From assembly GCA_032718475.1 (NCBI GenBank), contig JAUCBJ010007763.1, positions 1 to 53,960 of the forward strand: a stretch of DNA of 53,960 nt, in the 5' to 3' direction. A program made the translations under genes and the position numbers. Within the stretch, counting starts at the first letter, position 1, and every line of letters begins with the position of its first letter. The notes under the pieces were generated by a model that saw only the letters and a list, made by a program, of their open reading frames with translations, was not told where the DNA came from and did no database searches. Positions 47,831-53,960 of the stretch are shown here, one piece after another. The stretch is from Nemertoderma westbladi (taxonomy: Eukaryota; Animalia; Xenacoelomorpha).

Positions 47831-49780
47831 TACTAACGCATGAACTGTGTCTCCTCCTTGAATGGCTTACTACACCACCAATCTTACTAACGCATGAACT
47901 GTGTCTCCTCCTTGAATGGCTTACTACACCACCAATCTTACTAACGCATGAACTGTGTCTCCTCCTTGAATGGCTTACTACACCACCAATCTTACTAACG
48001 CATGAACTGTGTCTCCTCCTTGAATGGCTTACTACACCACCAATCTTACTAACGCATGAACTGTGTCTCCTCCTTGAATGGCTTACTACACCACCAATCT
48101 TACTAACGCATGAACTGTGTCTCCTCCTTGAATGGCTTACTACACCACCAATCTTACTAACGCATGAACTGTGTCTCCTCCTTGAATGGCTTACTACACC
48201 ACCAATCTTACTAACGCATGAACTGTGTCTCCTCCTTGAATGGCTTACTACACCACCAATCTTACTAACGCATGAACTGTGTCTCCTCCTTGAATGACTT
48301 ACTACACCACCAATCTTACTAACGCATGAACTGTGTCTCCTCCTTGAATGGCTTACTACACCACCAATCTTACTAACGCATGAACTGTGTCTCCTCCTTG
48401 AATGGCTTACTACACCACCAATCTTACTAACGCATGAACTGTGTCTCCTCCTTGAATGGCTTACTACACCACCAATCTTACTAACGCATGAACTGTGTCT
48501 CCTCCTTGAATGGCTTACTACACCACCAATCTTACTAACGCATGAACTGTGTCTCCTCCTTGAATGGCTTACTACACCACCAATCTTACTAACGCATGAA
48601 CTGTGTCTCCTCCTTGAATGGCTTACTACACCACCAATCTTACTAACGCATGAACTGTGTCTCCTCCTTGAATGGCTTACTACACCACCAATCTTACTAA
48701 CGCATGAACTGTGTCTCCTCCTTGAATGGCTTACTACACCACCAATCTTACTAACGCATGAACTGTGTCTCCTCCTTGAATGGCTTACTACACCACCAAT
48801 CTTACTAACGCATGAACTGTGTCTCCTCCTTGAATGGCTTACTACACCACCAATCTTACTAACGCATGAACTGTGTCTCCTCCTTGAATGGCTTACTACA
48901 CCACCAATCTTACTAACGCATGAACTGTGTCTCCTCCTTGAATGGCTTACTACACCACCAATCTTACTAACGCATGAACTGTGTCTCCTCCTTGAATGGC
49001 TTACTACACCACCAATCTTACTAACGCATGAACTGTGTCTCCTCCTTGAATGGCTTACTACACCACCAATCTTACTAACGCATGAACTGTGTCTCCTCCT
49101 TGAATGGCTTACTACACCACCAATCTTACTAACGCATGAACTGTGTCTCCTCCTTGAATGACTTACTACACCACCAATCTTACTAACGCATGAACTGTGT
49201 CTCCTCCTTGAATGGCTTACTACACCACCAATCTTACTAACGCATGAACTGTGTCTCCTCCTTGAATGGCTTACTACACCACCAATCTTACTAACGCATG
49301 AACTGTGTCTCCTCCTTGAATGGCTTACTACACCACCAATCTTACTAACGCATGAACTGTGTCTCCTCCTTGAATGAGCTTACTACACCACCAATCTTAC
49401 TAACGCATGAACTGTGTCTCCTCCTTGAATGGCTTACTACACCACCAATCTTACTAACGCATGAACTGTGTCTCCTCCTTGAATGGCTTACTACACCACC
49501 AATCTTACTAACGCATGAACTGTGTCTCCTCCTTGAATGGCTTACTACACCACCAATCTTACTAACGCATGAACTGTGTATCCTCCTTGAATGGCTTACT
49601 ACACCACCAATCTTACTAACGCATGAACTGTGTCTCCTCCTTGAATGGCTTACTACACCACCAATCTTACTAACGCATGAACTGTGTCTCCTCCTTGAAT
49701 GGCTTACTACACCACCAATCTTACTAACGCATGAACTGTGTCTCCTCCTTGAATGGCTTACTACACCACCAATCTTACTA
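47831..49780. repeat. 54-bp satellite, 36 almost identical copies
   Basis: Unit TACTAACGCATGAACTGTGTCTCCTCCTTGAATGGCTTACTACACCACCAATCT. I saw only four variant positions (48297, 49161, ~49377, 49580). Confidence 0.98.
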
Positions 49781-49789
49781 CCAAAATTT

Positions 49790-49861
49790 GCCGGAAAGTG
49801 GGATTGAACCCGGTACCTAGTGATTCCAAGTCCAACGCTCTACCAACTTCGCCACTGCGCC
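49790..49861 (-). promoter_or_regulatory. tRNA-derived Pol III head (SINE-like), not a functional tRNA
   Basis: Minus strand GGCGCAGTGGCGAAGTTGGTAGAGCG...GGGTTCAATCCC contains A and B boxes. The acceptor stem does not pair. Confidence 0.75.
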
Positions 49862-49902
49862 GTATGAAGCGTTATAAAACTAAAAGTTTACTGGAAATTA
49901 AC

Positions 49903-50025
49903 AACACCAACACCAACACCAACACCAACACCAACACCAACACCAACACCAACACCAACACCAACACCAACACCAACACCAACACCAACACCAACACCAA
50001 CACCAACACCAACACCAACACCAAC
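49903..50025. repeat. (AACACC)n microsatellite, ~20 perfect copies
   Basis: Read directly from the sequence. Confidence 0.97.
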
Positions 50026-51329
50026 AGAGTGAATACTAGAGGTCTCGCAACGCGGAGCTAAAAACGTGCATTACACAAAAACTAAATACGTGGGATGAAA
50101 GGGAATTCCTAGCGGTTTTCTGTAAAATTCCCCTGGTTGCCAAATAGGATGTTTGTATTAAGAATATGTAATTTAGCTCAATAAGGGAATGAGAGACCAT
50201 GCCAAGAATGTATTAGGGTCAGCGTAAGATAGAATCACCAGATAGCTAATATTATTTATTAAGGCGCTAATATTTATATATATCATAGCATTACGTAACT
50301 CCATTGTCTGATATCTATATATAAATAATTTATTAATTTACAATATATTGATTGCAGTAGGCCTAGTAAATATTGCGTGTTTGTGATTAATTTAAATTAT
50401 ATTGTAACAAAAATTACGTGTATTTTTACTCATTTAAAATATATAGTAGAAAAAATAACGTGTTTTGTGACTAAATTAACTTAATATACGTTTAGGCACC
50501 TATGTACGTATTGTTAAAAAATAAATTAGACTGATCGACAGCGTTACATACCATATGGGGTATGCGGGTCTTAACCCCTCCCTCAGTAGTAGGCCTTAAC
50601 CTAGAACCATTAGGGACAAACTGAGTTAATTACTCAAAGGCACGGACTGGCGCACTGGTATATTACATTAAAATAATAAATCATTATGTTTAGTTATACA
50701 TAACCCAACCAAATTAGCAATTGAGAACCACAAGCCTAACTATGAACAGTGCAGGTCTATGCATTATTAATTATTATATATAATGAAAGATAATTTCATA
50801 TTTTACATTTAACTTGTAAACTGTCTAATATTGTGTATTTATTTATTGTGTTTCCTGTTTTGGCGTGATGGCGGATTCCCAAAAGGAGGTGACCAGTAAA
50901 GGTAGACGCGGTAGGCATGGTGACGTACGCAGAGCCAGTAACACGGGGAGATTGTTCCAAATTGTCGGAGGAGAGAATGCGAACCCAGATTACGATATCG
51001 GAGACTCTATAAAGGAACTTCAAGGTATAGTGACTGCTCTAGTGTGTCCCAAAGGTACAATTATTTTTATATTTTTATCTCATTCTACTGTAACCAAAGC
51101 CTTTTAGATTAGTATTTACTTGAAATATTTAACTTCCCGGTTTCGCCTACTAATTTTATGACTCCACAATCTGACAGTCTCTCTGGAGTAAAGATATCTA
51201 TTATGAGTTCGTACATTCTGTTCATAAATTTGCTAGCGAAACCCGCAATCTCTGGTAAGTGATGAGTATGAACCCTGGTTAGCAAACATCTAATAATGTC
51301 AGGATTTTATATCTGTGCCCCATAATCAT

Positions 51330-51880
51330 AAACTAAAATCACAAATCTGAAGTTTATCAGTCTTTCTTTCTGTTTGTCTATCAAAACTTATAACAGAATA
51401 CTAACTAACTAACCCTTGTATATTGGCCAGCTTTTCATTTCTGATGTCAGTTTTCACTTTTAAATAAATCTTGTCAGTTGGTCTCGTCGGTCTTTCTGTC
51501 AGTCAGTCCGTCAAAACTAAAAAAGAATACAAACTAACTAACATTCTCGCAAGGAGGAGGGAGCTGATTTCATTTCTATGTTTCAAGTTTACATAAATCT
51601 CGTCTGCTGTCTGTCGGTCTTTCTGTCAGTCAGTCTGTCAAAACATAAAAAAGAATACAAACTAACTAACATTCTCGCTATGGGGGTTTTAAGGGGTGCT
51701 GATTTAATGTCTGTCAGATTTCACTTTTAATAAATCTAGTCTGTTGGTCTGTCGGTCTTTCAAAAAGAAATAATGAAATAACTAACATTCTCGCCATGGG
51801 GGTTTTAAGGGTTGCTGATTTCATTTCTGATGAAATAAATTACATAAATCTAGTCTGTCTGTCTGACGGTCTTTCAGTAC
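51330..51880. repeat. Degenerate ~120-bp tandem repeats, probably a DNA-transposon subterminal array
   Basis: AACTAACATTCTCGC...GCTGATTTCATTTCT...ATAAATCT..GTCTGT recurs 4-5 times. Confidence 0.65.
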
Positions 51881-52466
51881 TACTGTACTGTGGTTGGCAT
51901 TACGCAATATACCTAACACTAATAATACAGTTCTACAATAGGGTACCTCCCGTTTCTTTGCTATGAAGAGCACTAAATGTCTTAATACTGTCCACCAGTA
52001 TACCTAGTCCAAGAGCCTTCCAATAAAACATGTATTCCAGCATGACGTCCACTGCACGTCTTAGTGCTGTCCATGGTGACGTGCAGTGGACGCATGACAT
52101 AACAAAATCTAATGTAAAAAACTGTCTAATAAATGTGCAATATTTATGTAATTTAAAGATACATAACAACAAGTCATATGAAAGTAAATATTGGCCAGCT
52201 TTTCATTGGTACCAAGAAATCACTATAAGGTTGAAGAATAACCCCTGTGTACAGTAACAACTGGTGCAATATCGTAGGAGACACCTTTTTAATGCTTCTT
52301 ACAAAATAATGAAAGCAAAAATACAAATTCTGGCTAACCCAGCAAGGAGGAGGGAGATGAAACTATCTATGTTTCAAATACCAGGCAATCTCATTAAGAT
52401 TTGTAGAAAAAATTGGGTGAGGGGGCAGGTACCTGAATAACGACACTATTTCTAGGAAATGGTGTA

Positions 52467-53692
52467 TACTACGGTGGATGATTGTGGCCAATTTCATTAA
52501 TTTATAAAATGGGAAATATAAAAAGAAATAATGAAATATAATTCTACCAGAAAAAAATTAATGGAATAAAATTCAACTGAGAAATAAATTAATGAATATA
52601 ATTCAAAAATTTTGGAGGGAAATTAGAAATACTGGAACTGTGCGTGCAGTGCAGTAAATTGTCCAGTTCTGTGGGTACCTCCCGTTTCTTTGCTATCAAC
52701 ACGTTTAAGCTGAAATTTAGCAGGTTTGTAGGAGACCATTTCAATTTCAGATATTTTACCTTCTAGCGGCAGACTAGAGAACTGTATACGGATTGCAGCC
52801 CTCCCTGCCAAAAAAATCGATGAAAAAAAAGGAAAAAAGGAAATTATATTTAAAAAAAAAGGGAAAAAAAGGATAGGATACGGTTCAAAAAAGGGAAAAA
52901 CTGTACTGATATAATCTTTAAAAAAAAGAAAGTAAACATTATATTTCATTATTCATTAACCTTATATAGGCCTATTAAGAAACGTCACTGTATGTTTCTA
53001 ATTTTCACCTTTTTGCCTAGTTATCAGAGATGGTTGAGTTCGGCCTATTGATGGTCATTGATAGAGGTTTATCAAACGCTTGTAAATAGAACTTTAGTTT
53101 GAAAGAAATATAGGGCCTAAAAACTTTGGTACGGATTTCCGGTCGTGGCTACATTTATATAAATAACAAAAATACTAATGGTCTCGTAAAATCTGCCAAG
53201 TTTCAGCTTAAACGGGTTAAAAGCAAAGAAACGGGAGGTACGAATTTACTGCACAGCACAGTGTAAGTATTTCAAATTTCCCTCTAAAATGTTTGAATTA
53301 CTTCATTAACTATTTTTCTTGTTGAATTATATTTCATTATTTTCTTTTTATATTGAATTATATTTCAAAATTTATTTTTATATTGAACTAGCTATGGGAA
53401 TACCCGAGACGGGTTACCCGGTATCCCGCCGGTACCGGTACCGACACCGAACGTGAATTAAACTTTTCGAAAAGTGGTCTATAACGACCGCTGGTTAAAG
53501 TTATACAACAAGCCAAGTCCCACCGCAATCCCTCCGCCCGTTTTGAAGGAGTTGAAGCACAGAGACACAGAGAGCGAATTTGACTTTATCTTTACTTTAT
53601 TTGACTTTAGGTATAGATAATATTTCATAAATTTTTTTTATATTTCCCATCTTAAAAATTAATGAAATTGGCCAGAATCAGCCACCGTAGTG
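52467..53692. mobile_element. Foldback/MITE-like DNA element with ~280-bp inverted arms and (C/T)ACTA-like termini
   Basis: TACTACGGTGG...GTACCTCCCGTTTCTTTGCT...GAGACCATT (52467-52740) is mirrored by AATGGTCTC...AGCAAAGAAACGGGAGGTAC...CCACCGTAGTG (53177-53692). A related fragment lies at 51941-51963. The TSD is ambiguous. Confidence 0.7.
53388..53617 (-). mobile_element. Short non-autonomous Helitron inserted in the right arm of the foldback element
   Basis: Minus strand reads A|TC...ACCCG-TCT-CGGGT hairpin ~10 nt before CTAG|T. No TSD. The segment is absent from the left arm. Confidence 0.75.
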
Positions 53693-53960
53693 AGTGTACC
53701 CATAGTTACTGACAAAAAAACTTTTTATACTTTTAGCACAATTTTTTCTCTAAGCCACTCACCTACTTTATAAACACCACACCGACAACCACAGCAAAAT
53801 AAAACTGACCAATCTTGTCACTCGTTTATTGTTTTGGTTAGAATATCCGGTCACGTAACTTATATATTTCCCACGCCGCCTCTGTACCGCAGGCAGGTTT
53901 TCACTTTTCGGTCGATTTTCTATTGGAATTTTATATTATTGAAGAATTTGTATTTTTTTT

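Noticed and set aside
47831-49780. CRISPR-like regular array
   Set aside because: Units are contiguous and identical with no unique spacers, there are no cas genes, and the context is eukaryotic. The same applies to the 37-bp and 68-bp arrays.
49790-49861. tRNA-Pro(TGG)-like gene
   Set aside because: The acceptor and anticodon stems do not pair, so it is treated as a tRNA-derived SINE head.
49903-50025. Telomere-like repeat
   Set aside because: (AACACC)n is not a known animal telomeric motif and is internal and short, so it is an ordinary microsatellite.

Overview
This is an AT-rich animal (probably invertebrate) genomic window made almost entirely of transposable elements and tandem repeats. 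I could not support any host gene. The centrepiece is a very large (17,152 bp) and young BEL/Pao LTR retrotransposon at 16358-33509. It has ~1.17-kb LTRs about 98.8% identical, a TTTGT target-site duplication, and sits inside a Crack/L2-type LINE remnant. It has two unusual properties. First, there is no tRNA-type (TGG...) primer-binding site. The 11 nt at the PBS position are instead perfectly complementary to a sequence inside its own LTR, with further collinear pairing, which suggests Tf1-like self-priming in a BEL/Pao element. Second, a ~4.7-kb region after pol carries an intact 539-codon non-Env ORF with CCHC zinc knuckles and a basic tail. All CpG-transition differences between the two LTRs fall on the 5' LTR. 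The rest of the window holds three copies of one RTE LINE family, a Mutator-like element with a 9-bp TSD carrying a 68-bp satellite, and a Penelope GIY-YIG fragment fused to a 36-copy 54-bp satellite and an antisense tRNA-like head. It also holds tRNA-derived SINEs, a short Helitron nested in a foldback element, decayed LINE fragments, and 37-bp and 14-bp satellites whose long ORFs are artefacts. All calls were made by eye; no database searches were run.
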